Of a DNA stretch of 64,000 nt, positions 49,301-58,435 are shown in pieces (the stretch's first letter is position 1; every line of letters starts with the position of its first letter). The notes under the pieces are model-generated. The model was not told the DNA's origin, did not search any database, and saw only the letters and a program-made list of their open reading frames with translations. The DNA is from a bacterium (GTDB lineage: Bacteria; Fidelibacterota; UBA2242), in NCBI GenBank assembly GCA_018824205.1, contig JAHJGX010000058.1:54366-118365 (forward strand), given 5' to 3'. The position numbers and the translations under genes were made by a program.

Positions 49301-50437
49301 ATGAAAGTACCCCTGCTGGATCTGAAAGCGCAACTGGACACAATCCGCGAAGACGTGAAAGAAGTTGTCAACGAGGTTCTGGAGTCCACCCGCTATATCA
49401 TGGGGTCCAAGGTTACGGAGCTGGAAGAACAGATTGCGGCCTATTGCGGCGCCCGCTACGGGATCGGCGTATCTTCAGGGACCGATGCGCTGCTGATCGC
49501 CCTGATGGCCCTGGATCTGCAACCCGGTGACCTGGTTCTCACCACACCCTACTCTTTTTTCGCCACCGCCGGCGTCGTCTCCCGGCTGAATGCCATTCCC
49601 GTCTTTGTGGATATTGATCCCGGAACCTATAATATCGATCCCGGGCAGATAGCCCAATGGTTTGCCGACAATCCGGATAAAATTGAGCGGGTCAAGGCCA
49701 TTATTCCCGTGCATCTCTACGGCCAGTGCGCCGATATGGACCCGATTCTGGAACTGGCCGAAACATATAATATTCCCGTCATTGAAGACGCGGCCCAGGC
49801 CATCGGCGCCGGATATCCTTCTAAGAATGGATTGAAACGGGCCGGATCCATGGGTAGCATGGGCTGTTTTTCCTTTTTCCCCAGTAAGAACCTGGGGGGG
49901 ATCGGTGACGGCGGCATGGTGACCACCAACGATGCGGCCCTGGCGGAAAAACTGGTCAAACTCCGCAACCACGGTTCCCATCCCAAGTATTACCACGCTC
50001 TAATCGGCGGCAATTTCCGCCTGGACCCGATTCAGGCGGCGGTCCTGTCGGTAAAATTAAAACACCTGGATGCCTGGCATGCCGGGCGGCAGGCCAATGC
50101 GGCCTATTACGATGCGCATCTGAATGTCCCGGGACTGACAAAACCGATGGTTGCCTATCAGCGGGACTACCATATTTACAACCAGTATATTCTGTCAGTG
50201 CCGGAACGCCGGGACGCCCTGGTGGAATACCTGCATGCCCGGGACATTGGGTGTGAAGTCTACTACCCGGTGCCCTTTCATCAGCAGGAATGTTTTCAGT
50301 ACCTGGGCTATAAAACCGGGGATTTCCCCCATAGTGAATTCGCCGCTGAGCATACCATCGCCCTGCCTATCTATCCGGAACTGACCGATATGATGCAGCA
50401 GTATGTGATTGAAAAGATTCAAGAATTTTATCAATAG
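49301..50437 (+). CDS. DegT/DnrJ/EryC1/StrS family PLP-dependent sugar aminotransferase (WbpE-like)
   Basis: N-terminal IPFLDLKAQ-like start, conserved Lys region and sugar aminotransferase fold. 378 aa. Confidence 0.9.
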   Translation: MKVPLLDLKAQLDTIREDVKEVVNEVLESTRYIMGSKVTELEEQIAAYCGARYGIGVSSGTDALLIALMALDLQPGDLVLTTPYSFFATAGVVSRLNAIPVFVDIDPGTYNIDPGQIAQWFADNPDKIERVKAIIPVHLYGQCADMDPILELAETYNIPVIEDAAQAIGAGYPSKNGLKRAGSMGSMGCFSFFPSKNLGGIGDGGMVTTNDAALAEKLVKLRNHGSHPKYYHALIGGNFRLDPIQAAVLSVKLKHLDAWHAGRQANAAYYDAHLNVPGLTKPMVAYQRDYHIYNQYILSVPERRDALVEYLHARDIGCEVYYPVPFHQQECFQYLGYKTGDFPHSEFAAEHTIALPIYPELTDMMQQYVIEKIQEFYQ

Positions 50438-50518
50438 AGGGCTGATATTTTTGCATCAACATCAGCCATGTCTGGGGCAACAAAAAATTAGCTCAAAAAA
50501 ATAAAATAGAAGGCGCGC

Positions 50519-50743
50519 ATGGAAAAAATCATCAAAATCCATATTGAGCAATTACCGGAAGGCCTGTTTCTCGCAACGTCTGATGAGATTCAGGGCCTGG
50601 TGGCACAGGGTCGTACAATTAATGAAACTCTGGAAATTGCTCGGGATGTGGCCAAAAAATTATTGGAAGCTCAATCAGATTTATCGGAAACATTAACGAT
50701 TTTGAAAAAACCGATCGATATGTCAATCGTATTGGGCATCTGA
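50519..50743 (+). CDS. hicB: HicB family antitoxin (type II TA)
   Basis: 74 aa UPF0150/HicB-like N-terminal domain (IKIHIEQLPEGLFLATSDEIQGLVAQGRTINETLEIA). Confidence 0.6.
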   Translation: MEKIIKIHIEQLPEGLFLATSDEIQGLVAQGRTINETLEIARDVAKKLLEAQSDLSETLTILKKPIDMSIVLGI

Positions 50744-50968
50744 ATGGGAAGACTGGCAAATCACTCTTACCGGAAAGTCGTCGAGAAATTAAAGAAATTA
50801 GGATTTCAATTCTATCGCCAGGCTGCCGGCAGCCACGAAATCTGATTTAATCCCAATAGCAATCGATACACTACGATCCCAAATCACCCTGGCGATATAC
50901 CCGAAGGAACAATTAGGGCTATCTTAAAACAAGCACAAATATCTATCGAGAAATTCCTTAAAACCTGA
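50744..50968 (+). pseudogene. hicA: HicA family mRNA-interferase toxin gene interrupted by an in-frame TGA at 50843-50845. N-terminal 33 aa, then 40 more codons in the same frame.
   Basis: MGRLANHSYRKVVEKLKKLGFQFYRQAAGSHEI-TGA-FNPNSNRYTTIPNHPGDIPEGTIRAILKQAQI... matches HicA on both sides of the stop. Starts 1 nt after the hicB stop. Confidence 0.55.
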
Positions 50969-51053
50969 ATAGTATAAACAGTATTATCCAAATCCGAACA
51001 GACAAGCATCACTTAGATTTAATAGCATTTAAGCAATAAAAATCTGGTTTATT

Positions 51054-51647
51054 ATGAGTATAAAAAAAGATTTCTTTGTTCACGAATCTGCCTATGTGGA
51101 TGATAATGTGACGATCGGCGCGGGGACCAAAATCTGGCACTTTTCCCACATTCAGTCAGGTTCGAAAATCGGCCGGAAGGTCTCCATTGGCCAGAATGTC
51201 AATGTGGGCAATAATGTGAGAATTGGTAATTTTGTGAAGATTCAGAACAATGTCTCGGTCTACGAAGGGGTGACCCTGGAGGATTATGTCTTCTGCGGCC
51301 CCTCCATGGTATTTACCAACGTGATCGATCCCCGCTGCAAATATCCCCAGCGGGGGGCGGAATTTTACCACAAGACCCTGGTGAAAACCGGGGCCTCCAT
51401 CGGTGCCAATGCCACGATCGTTTGCGGCAATATCGTTGGACGGCATGCCTTTATCGGCGCCGGGGCGGTGGTAACCAAAGATGTACCCGATTACGCCCTG
51501 ATGCTGGGAGTGCCAGCGAAACGGGTCGGCTGGGCCTGCGAGTGCGGTGAAATTTTACCGAAGTTTGACCAGCACGTGAACTGTCCACGCTGCGGGATAA
51601 CGTATAAGTTACAGGGAGAAATTCTTATCGCAAAGAGCGCAGAGTAG
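51054..51647 (+). CDS. hexapeptide-repeat sugar N-acetyltransferase (WbpD-like UDP-2-acetamido-3-amino-2,3-dideoxy-uronate N-acetyltransferase family)
   Basis: Left-handed beta-helix hexapeptide repeats (IGxxxxI) throughout, 197 aa. Confidence 0.85.
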   Translation: MSIKKDFFVHESAYVDDNVTIGAGTKIWHFSHIQSGSKIGRKVSIGQNVNVGNNVRIGNFVKIQNNVSVYEGVTLEDYVFCGPSMVFTNVIDPRCKYPQRGAEFYHKTLVKTGASIGANATIVCGNIVGRHAFIGAGAVVTKDVPDYALMLGVPAKRVGWACECGEILPKFDQHVNCPRCGITYKLQGEILIAKSAE

Positions 51648-51670
51648 GCAAAAAACGCAAATCACGATGA

Positions 51671-51726
51671 GATTATTAAATAACTTCGCGGATATTGGAA
51701 CCTTAGCGACCTCTGAGAGGTAAAAA
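51671..51726 (+). repeat. repeat family A, copy 1. Upstream leader element containing the palindromic core ACCTCTGAGAGGT.
   Basis: 19/21 identity with 54396-54416 (aaccttagcgacctctgagag vs aaccttggcgacctctgcgag) plus flanking similarity. Immediately precedes a start codon. Confidence 0.5.
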
Positions 51727-52107
51727 ATGCATGAAAATGAGATATCTAAAATCATTCTCGATTGTGCATTTAAAATCCATACAGACCTTGGTCTTGGATT
51801 ATTTGAATCAGGATATGAGGAAATTTTATATAACGAGCTTGCTAACAAGCAGCTTATCATTGAACGTAAGAAGGTGCTTGCCATTCAATATGGTGGAATT
51901 TAAGTCGAAAATGCGTTTCGGATTGATTTAGTTGTAAATAATAAAGTGATTGTTGAAAAAAAATCAATAGAATCCATTTTACCAGTGCCTAAAAAGCAGT
52001 TATTGACGTATCTTAAATTGTCGGACTTGAAGCTGGGCCTATTAATTAATTTTAATGAAGCCTTCCTGAAAAACGGTATTACAATAATAGTCAATAATCT
52101 GACGTAG
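51727..52107 (+). pseudogene. GxxExxY family protein gene with an in-frame TAA at 51901-51903
   Basis: MHENEISKIILDCAFKIHTDLGLGLFESGYEE...AIQYGGI-TAA-VENAFRIDLVVNNKVIVEKKSIESILPVPKKQLLTYLKLSDLKLGLLINFN. Full-length GxxExxY homology across the stop. Confidence 0.6.
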
Positions 52108-52144
52108 CGAACTTTGTTAACATTGCGTACTTTGCGAAAGATAT

Positions 52145-52237
52145 TATGAAAAACATAGCCCTTATCGGCTGCGGGTGGATTGCCGGGAAACACCTGGAAT
52201 CCATTGCCCCGTTACAGCCTGAAGAGCGCGGACTTTA
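52145..52237 (+). pseudogene. 5' fragment (30 codons) of a Gfo/Idh/MocA oxidoreductase gene paralogous to the 53121 gene
   Basis: MKNIALIGCGWIAGKHLESIAPLQPEERGL* versus MKTIALLGCGRISGKHLESIAQL at 53121. A 27-nt identical stretch (ccgggaaacacctggaatccattgccc) is present. Confidence 0.5.
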
Positions 52238-52290
52238 GCTCGCTCCGGCGGGAAGAAGCCAAAACAGTGCTTTTTGAAACGAACAAAAAG

Positions 52291-52584
52291 ATGATCAACC
52301 GTTATCTCAACGAAATCCGAAAAATAATCGAGAAAGAAATGCAGGATGAAAATGTTGCCATAGCACTTTTTGGCTCTTTTGCCATGGGCACTCAGCAGCT
52401 TGCATCGGATATTGATATTGCACTGATTCCCAAAGGGAAATTGAATAAATCCAAAGTTGCCGATTTACGGGAAAAACTGACCGAACTCACGGTTCCTTAT
52501 TCCGTCGACCTGGTTGATTTTGACCGGGTCTCAGAACAATTCAAGAAAATAGCGTTAAGAGACGCCCAATGGTGGAGGAAGTAG
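52291..52584 (+). CDS. nucleotidyltransferase (MNT-type antitoxin, Pol-beta superfamily)
   Basis: GSxxxG...DxD motif (FGSFAMGTQQLASDIDIAL). The start was reset to MINRY (ATG 52291). Overlaps the downstream HEPN gene. Confidence 0.7.
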   Translation: MINRYLNEIRKIIEKEMQDENVAIALFGSFAMGTQQLASDIDIALIPKGKLNKSKVADLREKLTELTVPYSVDLVDFDRVSEQFKKIALRDAQWWRK

Positions 52585-52973
52585 CCGTGCAGATTATTGT
52601 TGAAAAATTGAAGCAGGCCAAAAATGCGCTGATCACTCTTGAAGAAGCATTGAATGCGGATTTCTCTCGGTTTGTTCAGGATGCTGCCATCCGGCGGTTT
52701 GAATATACCGTGGAAGCGGTCTGGAAGCTGTTGCAGGTCTATCTGAAAGAATCGGAAGGGTTAATCTGTGCTTCGCCTAAATCTGCTCTACGGGACGCCA
52801 AAAAAGTCGGTTTGTTAAATGATTCCGAGACCGAGCGGGCATTAGAAATGATCGATGACCGCAATTTAACATCCCATACGTATCACGCGGAAATTGCGCA
52901 GGCTCTGTTTAAACGCTTAGCTTCCTACTCAGAACTGATGAAACATGTTCTAGAAAGAATTGAGAAAAGCTAA
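52569..52973 (+). CDS. HI0074-family nucleotidyltransferase substrate-binding protein (HEPN/HepT-like toxin component)
   Basis: 134 aa all-alpha protein of the HI0074 type. 16-nt overlap with the MNT gene. Confidence 0.65.
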   Translation: MVEEVAVQIIVEKLKQAKNALITLEEALNADFSRFVQDAAIRRFEYTVEAVWKLLQVYLKESEGLICASPKSALRDAKKVGLLNDSETERALEMIDDRNLTSHTYHAEIAQALFKRLASYSELMKHVLERIEKS

Positions 52974-53120
52974 AACCGCTGGAACTGAGCGGAGCCTGTT
53001 TTCTCAATTGAAACCATTTATATGATTATGTAACTGTCAATGCGACATCGTATAATCGGGTCCAATCCAGTCAGAAATTACCAAGCAAGCATCATCCAAC
53101 TTTATAGACGAGATTAATTC

Positions 53121-54149
53121 ATGAAAACCATTGCCCTACTCGGTTGCGGGCGGATATCCGGGAAACACCTGGAATCCATTGCCCAACTGAAAGACGATTT
53201 GAAACTGGTGGCCGTCTGTGATATTCTCGCAGACCGGGCCCAAGCCGCCGGTGAGAAATACGGGGTCAACTGGTACACCGATTACGATCAGATGCTGGAA
53301 CGGGAGGATCTGGACATCCTGTCCATTTGCACCCCCAGCGGCGTGCATCACCGGCACGGGGTTGCGGCGGCCAAACGGGGTCTGCATGTGATCGTGGAAA
53401 AGCCCATGGCGATTACCCTGGAAGCCGCGGACCAACTGATCCAGGCCTGTGACAAGGCCAAAGTGGAACTGTTCGTGGTGAAACAGAACCGCCTGAACAC
53501 CACCCTGCAGATGCTGAAGCGGGCCGTGGACAAGGGGCGTTTCGGCAAGATCTATATCGCCCAGTCCAACGTCTTCTGGCAACGGCCGCAGAGCTATTAC
53601 GATCTGGCCAAATGGCGGGGGACCTGGGAGTTTGACGGCGGTTCTTTTATGAATCAGGCCAGCCACTACGTGGATGCAATCCAGTGGCTGATCGGTCCTG
53701 TGGAGTATGTCATGGCGGAAACCGCCACCATGGCCCGGCAGATTGAGACCGAAGACACCGGCTCGGCGATCCTGAAATTCCGCAATGGGGTGATCGGGAC
53801 CATCAATGTGACCATGCTGACCTATCCCAAAAACTTCGAGGGTTCGATTACGATCCTCGGGGAGAAGGGCACCGCCAAGGTGGGGGGCGTTGCGGTCAAC
53901 CATATCGATAAATGGGAATTCGAGGATTACGACGACGATGACCGCCTGATCGAGGAATCCAACTACAATCCCCCCAATATTTACGGACTGGGGCACCTGC
54001 CCTATTATAAAAATGTGATCGCCACGCTGAAGGGTGATTCCGATGCCGATACCGACGGCCGCAGCGGGCGCAAGAGTCTGGAATTGATTATCGCGATTTA
54101 CAAATCCGCCCAGCTGGGCAAAAAGATTGCCCTGCCATTGAAGTTATAG
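53121..54149 (+). CDS. Gfo/Idh/MocA family NAD-dependent oxidoreductase (WbpB-like UDP-GlcNAcA 3-dehydrogenase candidate)
   Basis: Rossmann GxGxxG (LLGCGRISGKH) and a C-terminal Gfo/Idh/MocA domain, 342 aa. Confidence 0.85.
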   Translation: MKTIALLGCGRISGKHLESIAQLKDDLKLVAVCDILADRAQAAGEKYGVNWYTDYDQMLEREDLDILSICTPSGVHHRHGVAAAKRGLHVIVEKPMAITLEAADQLIQACDKAKVELFVVKQNRLNTTLQMLKRAVDKGRFGKIYIAQSNVFWQRPQSYYDLAKWRGTWEFDGGSFMNQASHYVDAIQWLIGPVEYVMAETATMARQIETEDTGSAILKFRNGVIGTINVTMLTYPKNFEGSITILGEKGTAKVGGVAVNHIDKWEFEDYDDDDRLIEESNYNPPNIYGLGHLPYYKNVIATLKGDSDADTDGRSGRKSLELIIAIYKSAQLGKKIALPLKL

Positions 54150-54192
54150 AAAATTCTCGCAAAGACGCGGAAGTGACGGAGGACGCAGATTA

Positions 54193-54312
54193 AATGAAAT
54201 TTCAAAGATTATCCTGGTTGCCGCGAAGAAAATTTCTATCGATTTGGGACCGGGATTATTTGAATCTGTTTACGAAGAATTACTAGAGTATCGATTAAGA
54301 CAAATAAATTGA
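54193..54312 (+). pseudogene. N-terminal fragment (39 codons, no start codon) of a GxxExxY family gene
   Basis: NEISKIILVAAKKISIDLGPGLFESVYEELLEYRLRQIN* matches the conserved GxxExxY N-terminus (GxxExxY = GLFESVY). Confidence 0.4.
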
Positions 54313-54364
54313 AAGAGATATTTCTCCAGAAGGACCCAGAAAAGTTAGAGAGTGCTAATAAAAT

Positions 54365-54432
54365 GATAATTTTAAATGACTTTGCGGACTTAAAAACCTT
54401 GGCGACCTCTGCGAGAAATCAAAAGGGAATTT
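54365..54432 (+). repeat. repeat family A, copy 2, immediately upstream of the nucleotide-sugar dehydrogenase start
   Basis: See copy 1. gataattttaaatgactttgcggacttaaaaaccttggcgacctctgcgag. Confidence 0.5.
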
Positions 54433-55731
54433 ATGAAGGATATTAAAATCTGTACTATTGGATTGGGTTATGTGGGTCTGCCCCTGGCGGTGGAATTTGC
54501 CAAGAAACTGCCGGTGATCGGTTTTGATATTAACCGGGGCCGGATCGATGACCTGAACGAAGGCCATGACGCCACCCTGGAAGTGGCCGATGACAACCTG
54601 AAGTCGGTGCTGGTGACGGAAATCGGGAACTGGAGCCGGGACAGAGGCCTGTATTTGACAGATCAGTTGGATGAAATTCGGGACTGTAACTATTATATTG
54701 TTACGGTACCGACCCCCATCGATAAGTACAAACGCCCGGACCTGAGCCCCCTGATTAAGGCCTCGGGCACCGTGGGCAAAGTCCTGAAACCCGGGGATAT
54801 CGTGATCTATGAATCTACGGTCTATCCCGGGGCGACGGAAGAGGACTGCGTACCGATCCTGGAAGAGGCCAGCGGATTGAAATTCAATGTGGATTTCTTC
54901 TGCGGGTTTTCCCCGGAGCGCATTAATCCCGGCGACAAAGAACATACCTTTCTCACAATCAAAAAAGTAACCTCGGGATCAACCCCGGAGGTGGCTAAAA
55001 AGGTCGATGACCTGTACAATTTGGTTGTCAAGAACGGCACCCATCGGGCGTCGTCCATTAAAGTGGCCGAAGCCGCCAAGGTGATCGAAAACTCCCAACG
55101 GGACCTGAATATCGCCTTTGTCAACGAACTGGCCAAAATCTTTAATATCATGGGCATCGATACTCTGGAAGTACTCGAGGCCGCCGGCAGTAAGTGGAAT
55201 TTTTTACCCTTTCGTCCGGGGCTGGTGGGGGGGCACTGCATCGGTGTGGACCCCTATTACCTGACCCACAAAGCCCAGGAGATCGGCTACCATCCCGAAG
55301 TGATCCTGGCGGGCCGCCGGATCAATGACTCCATGGGGAATTATGTGGCCGGGGAAGTGGTCAAACTGATGATCAAAAAAGGCCACACTATCGCGAAATC
55401 CAAAGTCCTGGTCCTGGGTATTACCTTTAAGGAAAACTGCCCCGATATCCGGAATTCCCGGGTGATTGATGTCATCCATGAACTGGAAGAGTTTGGCTGC
55501 GATGTGGATGTCTATGACCCCTGGGCCGGCCCCGCAGAGGTTCAGGCGGAATACGGGGTTGAACTCATTCGAAATGAAACATTTAACAGTAAAAAAACAA
55601 ATTATGACGCGGTTGTCCTGGCCGTGGCCCATCACCAGTTCCAGACCATGGACCTGCATCAGTTTGGCAACGGCAACTGTGTTCTCTATGATGTCAAGGG
55701 GATTGCCAAAGATGCGGATGGGCGCTTATAG
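54433..55731 (+). CDS. nucleotide-sugar dehydrogenase (UDP-glucose/GDP-mannose dehydrogenase family; WbpA/TviB-like UDP-GlcNAc 6-dehydrogenase candidate)
   Basis: N-terminal Rossmann fold IGLGYVGLPLA, a catalytic Cys region and a C-terminal UDPG_MGDP_dh domain. 432 aa. Confidence 0.9.
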   Translation: MKDIKICTIGLGYVGLPLAVEFAKKLPVIGFDINRGRIDDLNEGHDATLEVADDNLKSVLVTEIGNWSRDRGLYLTDQLDEIRDCNYYIVTVPTPIDKYKRPDLSPLIKASGTVGKVLKPGDIVIYESTVYPGATEEDCVPILEEASGLKFNVDFFCGFSPERINPGDKEHTFLTIKKVTSGSTPEVAKKVDDLYNLVVKNGTHRASSIKVAEAAKVIENSQRDLNIAFVNELAKIFNIMGIDTLEVLEAAGSKWNFLPFRPGLVGGHCIGVDPYYLTHKAQEIGYHPEVILAGRRINDSMGNYVAGEVVKLMIKKGHTIAKSKVLVLGITFKENCPDIRNSRVIDVIHELEEFGCDVDVYDPWAGPAEVQAEYGVELIRNETFNSKKTNYDAVVLAVAHHQFQTMDLHQFGNGNCVLYDVKGIAKDADGRL

Positions 55732-55785
55732 TGAGCCAATGAGCATGAGAATTAATAAACGGTCTTGTTGTTGGTCTAACATTCA

Positions 55786-56355
55786 ATGAACAGATCTGAA
55801 AATCCATTAGTCGCGGCGTTGCGGACCATTGTCCGCTGGCTGGATAATGAGAAGATTGATTATATGGTTTTTGGGGGGATTGCCAACAGTATATACGGAA
55901 ACCCGCGCCAGACATTTGATATTGATGTAAAAATTATTTTAGAACCGCAAACAGTGAGTACTCCTTTTATTAAAGCGATCCAAAGGATTGCGGAGATTCT
56001 GCCGGCCGATCCGGCAGCGTTTCTCGCTGAGACCCATGTCTTGCCGGTGCGGGTGGGGGGCGTCCCGGTGGATATTGTCCTGGCCGAGTTATCTTATGAA
56101 ACCGATGCGATTCGTCGGGCGCTAACGCTTGAGTATGCCGGGATCGCGTTCAGAGTGTGCACTCCTGAGGATTTGATCATTCAAAAAGCTGTTTCTGAAC
56201 GTCGTAAAGATTGGGATGATATTGAGATTATCATCCAGCGCCAGTCCGCCAATTTAGACCGGGACTATTTGCTGAAACATTGTCGGGACTTAAGCGATTT
56301 TTTGGAGCGCCCGGACATTTTCAATAGGGTGCAGAGTTTGCTCAATGAGGCCTGA
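55786..56355 (+). CDS. putative nucleotidyltransferase-fold protein (Pol-beta-like GG...DIDV motif)
   Basis: MVFGGIANSIYGNPRQTFDIDVKI resembles an NTase GS/GG-x9-13-DxD core. 189 aa. Confidence 0.4.
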   Translation: MNRSENPLVAALRTIVRWLDNEKIDYMVFGGIANSIYGNPRQTFDIDVKIILEPQTVSTPFIKAIQRIAEILPADPAAFLAETHVLPVRVGGVPVDIVLAELSYETDAIRRALTLEYAGIAFRVCTPEDLIIQKAVSERRKDWDDIEIIIQRQSANLDRDYLLKHCRDLSDFLERPDIFNRVQSLLNEA

Positions 56356-56620
56356 ATATCAGGAAAATTTGAAACGCATGACCCGCTTCAATGAATGGGA
56401 GGAGCGCTCGCGCAGTCAATTGACGGTGCAAGCCAAACTCGATCAGTTTCTGGTCCTCTATGGACTCTGGGATTTCGTTCCGGAAAATATCCGGGAAAAA
56501 GTCCACGCTGAACATGTGGCGGCCCTCTGCCGGGTCCAAAAACGTCTGAAGGAAGCCGGTGAATTGCGAAAATTCAATAAGCAATTAAATCAGGAAAACA
56601 AGCAAAGGGAAATGAAGTGA
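56345..56620 (+). CDS. hypothetical small protein (91 aa) overlapping the upstream NTase-like gene by 11 nt
   Basis: ORF with charged helical character, translationally coupled to 55786-56355 and to gmd. Confidence 0.3.
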   Translation: MRPEYQENLKRMTRFNEWEERSRSQLTVQAKLDQFLVLYGLWDFVPENIREKVHAEHVAALCRVQKRLKEAGELRKFNKQLNQENKQREMK

Positions 56621-57657
56621 AAAAAGCGCTTATTACCGGTATCACCGGTCAGGACGGCTCCTACCTTACCGAGTTATTGCTTGAAAAAGACTATGAAGTC
56701 CATGGCATTATCCGCCGCAGCAGTTCCTTTAATACCGGTCGAATCGACCACCTATTCAATAATCCGGAAATTTACGGTAAAAAACTGTTCCTGCATTATG
56801 GAGATCTGACAGATTCCAGTAATTTGAACCGTCTGCTGGATAAAACCGAACCCGACGAGATTTATAACCTCGGCGCCCAGAGCCATGTGTTGGTATCTTT
56901 TGAAGTCCCTGAATATACGGCCGAAGTTGACGGTGTCGGGGTTTTACGTTTTCTTGATGCCATTAAAGAAGGCGGACTCAGGACCAGATTCTATCAAGCC
57001 TCCACCAGTGAACAGTTCGGTAAGGTTCAGGAAATACCCCAGACCGAAACAACACCCTTTTATCCCCGATCGCCCTACGGGGTTGCCAAACTCTATGCCT
57101 ATTGGATTGTTAAAAACTATCGGGAAGCCTATAATTTATTTGCCTGTAACGGTATTTTATTTAACCACGAATCTCCCCGCCGGGGTGAGACATTTGTGAC
57201 CCGGAAAATAACCCGCGCAGCCGCTCGCATAAAAGCCGGATTACAGGATAAACTGTTACTGGGCAATCTGGATGCCAAACGGGATTGGGGCTATGCCCCT
57301 GAATATGTGGGAGCCATGTGGCGGATGCTCCAGCAGGATCAGCCGGAAGATTTTGTGATTGCCACCGGTGAAACGCATTCGGTCCGGGAATTTTGTCTGA
57401 ACGCCTTTGCCGAACTCGGGATGAACATTCATTGGCAGGGCCAGGGTGTCGCCGAAAAGGGGATTGACTCGAAAACCAGCAAGACACTGATCGAAATTAA
57501 TCCCCGCTACTTCAGACCCACAGAGGTGGATCTGTTGATTGGTGATTATAGCAAAGCCAAAGAAAAACTGGGCTGGCAGCCGACTATGAAATTCGAAGAG
57601 TTAGCCCGCATGATGGCTCGCAGCGACTACGAAAAAGTGTTGAAAAGAGGATTCTGA
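56617..57657 (+). CDS. gmd: GDP-mannose 4,6-dehydratase
   Basis: N-terminal [19 protein letters not shown] and SDR YxxxK catalytic motifs. GTG start overlaps the upstream stop. Confidence 0.95.
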   Translation: MKKALITGITGQDGSYLTELLLEKDYEVHGIIRRSSSFNTGRIDHLFNNPEIYGKKLFLHYGDLTDSSNLNRLLDKTEPDEIYNLGAQSHVLVSFEVPEYTAEVDGVGVLRFLDAIKEGGLRTRFYQASTSEQFGKVQEIPQTETTPFYPRSPYGVAKLYAYWIVKNYREAYNLFACNGILFNHESPRRGETFVTRKITRAAARIKAGLQDKLLLGNLDAKRDWGYAPEYVGAMWRMLQQDQPEDFVIATGETHSVREFCLNAFAELGMNIHWQGQGVAEKGIDSKTSKTLIEINPRYFRPTEVDLLIGDYSKAKEKLGWQPTMKFEELARMMARSDYEKVLKRGF

Positions 57658-57773
57658 ACTACTAATTACGCTAATTTCACTAAAAATATGTATAATAAAA
57701 ACAATTCGCGTAAATCCGTGTAATTCGTAGTTATAAAACTATTAAAGTAATCCGTGTAATTCGTAGTTTAAAA
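57656..57773 (+). repeat. repeat family B, copy 1 (includes an internal tandem duplication of the 3' core aatccgtgtaattcgtagtt)
   Basis: aactactaattacgctaatttcactaaaaa...aattcgcgtaaatccgtgtaattcgtagtt is shared with copy 2 almost base for base. Confidence 0.6.
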
Positions 57774-58154
57774 ATGGAAAATTTGGTATTCAAAGAAGAG
57801 AGTTTTAAAATAATCGGCGCCTGTATGGAAGTGCATAAAGTGCTCGGTCCCGGCTTTTTAGAATCCGTTTACCAGGAGGCATTAGCCATTGAATTCAGTC
57901 ATCAGGGAATTCCCTTCGAACAAGAAAAAGAATTAACAATTACTTTCAAAGGTATTGAACTTGAAAAAAAATATAATGCTGATTTTGTATGTTACGGAAA
58001 AATAATCCTCGAAACGAAGGCTGTAAAAGAACTATGCGATAATCACCGAGCGCAGATCATAAATTACCTCAAAGTCACAAAATTCAAACTCGGTTTACTC
58101 GTTAACTTTGGAGAACAATCCTTAAAATATGAACGCTTTATCAATGAAAAATAA
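57774..58154 (+). CDS. GxxExxY family protein (intact copy)
   Basis: 126 aa: ...KIIGACMEVHKVLGPGFLESVYQEAL...AQIINYLKVTKFKLGLLVNF. Confidence 0.7.
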   Translation: MENLVFKEESFKIIGACMEVHKVLGPGFLESVYQEALAIEFSHQGIPFEQEKELTITFKGIELEKKYNADFVCYGKIILETKAVKELCDNHRAQIINYLKVTKFKLGLLVNFGEQSLKYERFINEK

Positions 58155-58157
58155 TCA

Positions 58158-58245
58158 AACTACTAATTACGCTAATTTCACTAAAAAAAAGAATAATAAA
58201 GATAATTCGCGTAAATCCGTGTAATTCGTAGTTAAAAGGATTTAT
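58158..58245 (+). repeat. repeat family B, copy 2
   Basis: aaactactaattacgctaatttcactaaaaaaaagaataataaagataattcgcgtaaatccgtgtaattcgtagttaaaagg. Confidence 0.6.
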
Positions 58246-58435
58246 ATGAAGAAAGCACTCATCACCCCGATACGCTTCGTTACTGGGCAGGCGCTTCGCC
58301 TCCCCCTATCCCATTATGCTCATTCTTCGCTACGGGACAGGCAGGGCAAGACCGCATCATCTGCCGGACTAGTTCCTTTAACACTGGCAGAAGCGATTAT
58401 ATTTTCACAATCAATAATTATCAAGGATAACCAAC

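Noticed and set aside
50843-50845. In-frame TGA in hicA, and TAA in the GxxExxY gene at 51901, as evidence for a recoded or alternative genetic code
   Set aside because: TGA, TAA and TAG all terminate many well-supported genes in this window at positions that match homologues, such as yicC, pssA and relA. The two events involve different stop codons. Local nonsense mutations or sequencing errors are the simpler explanation.
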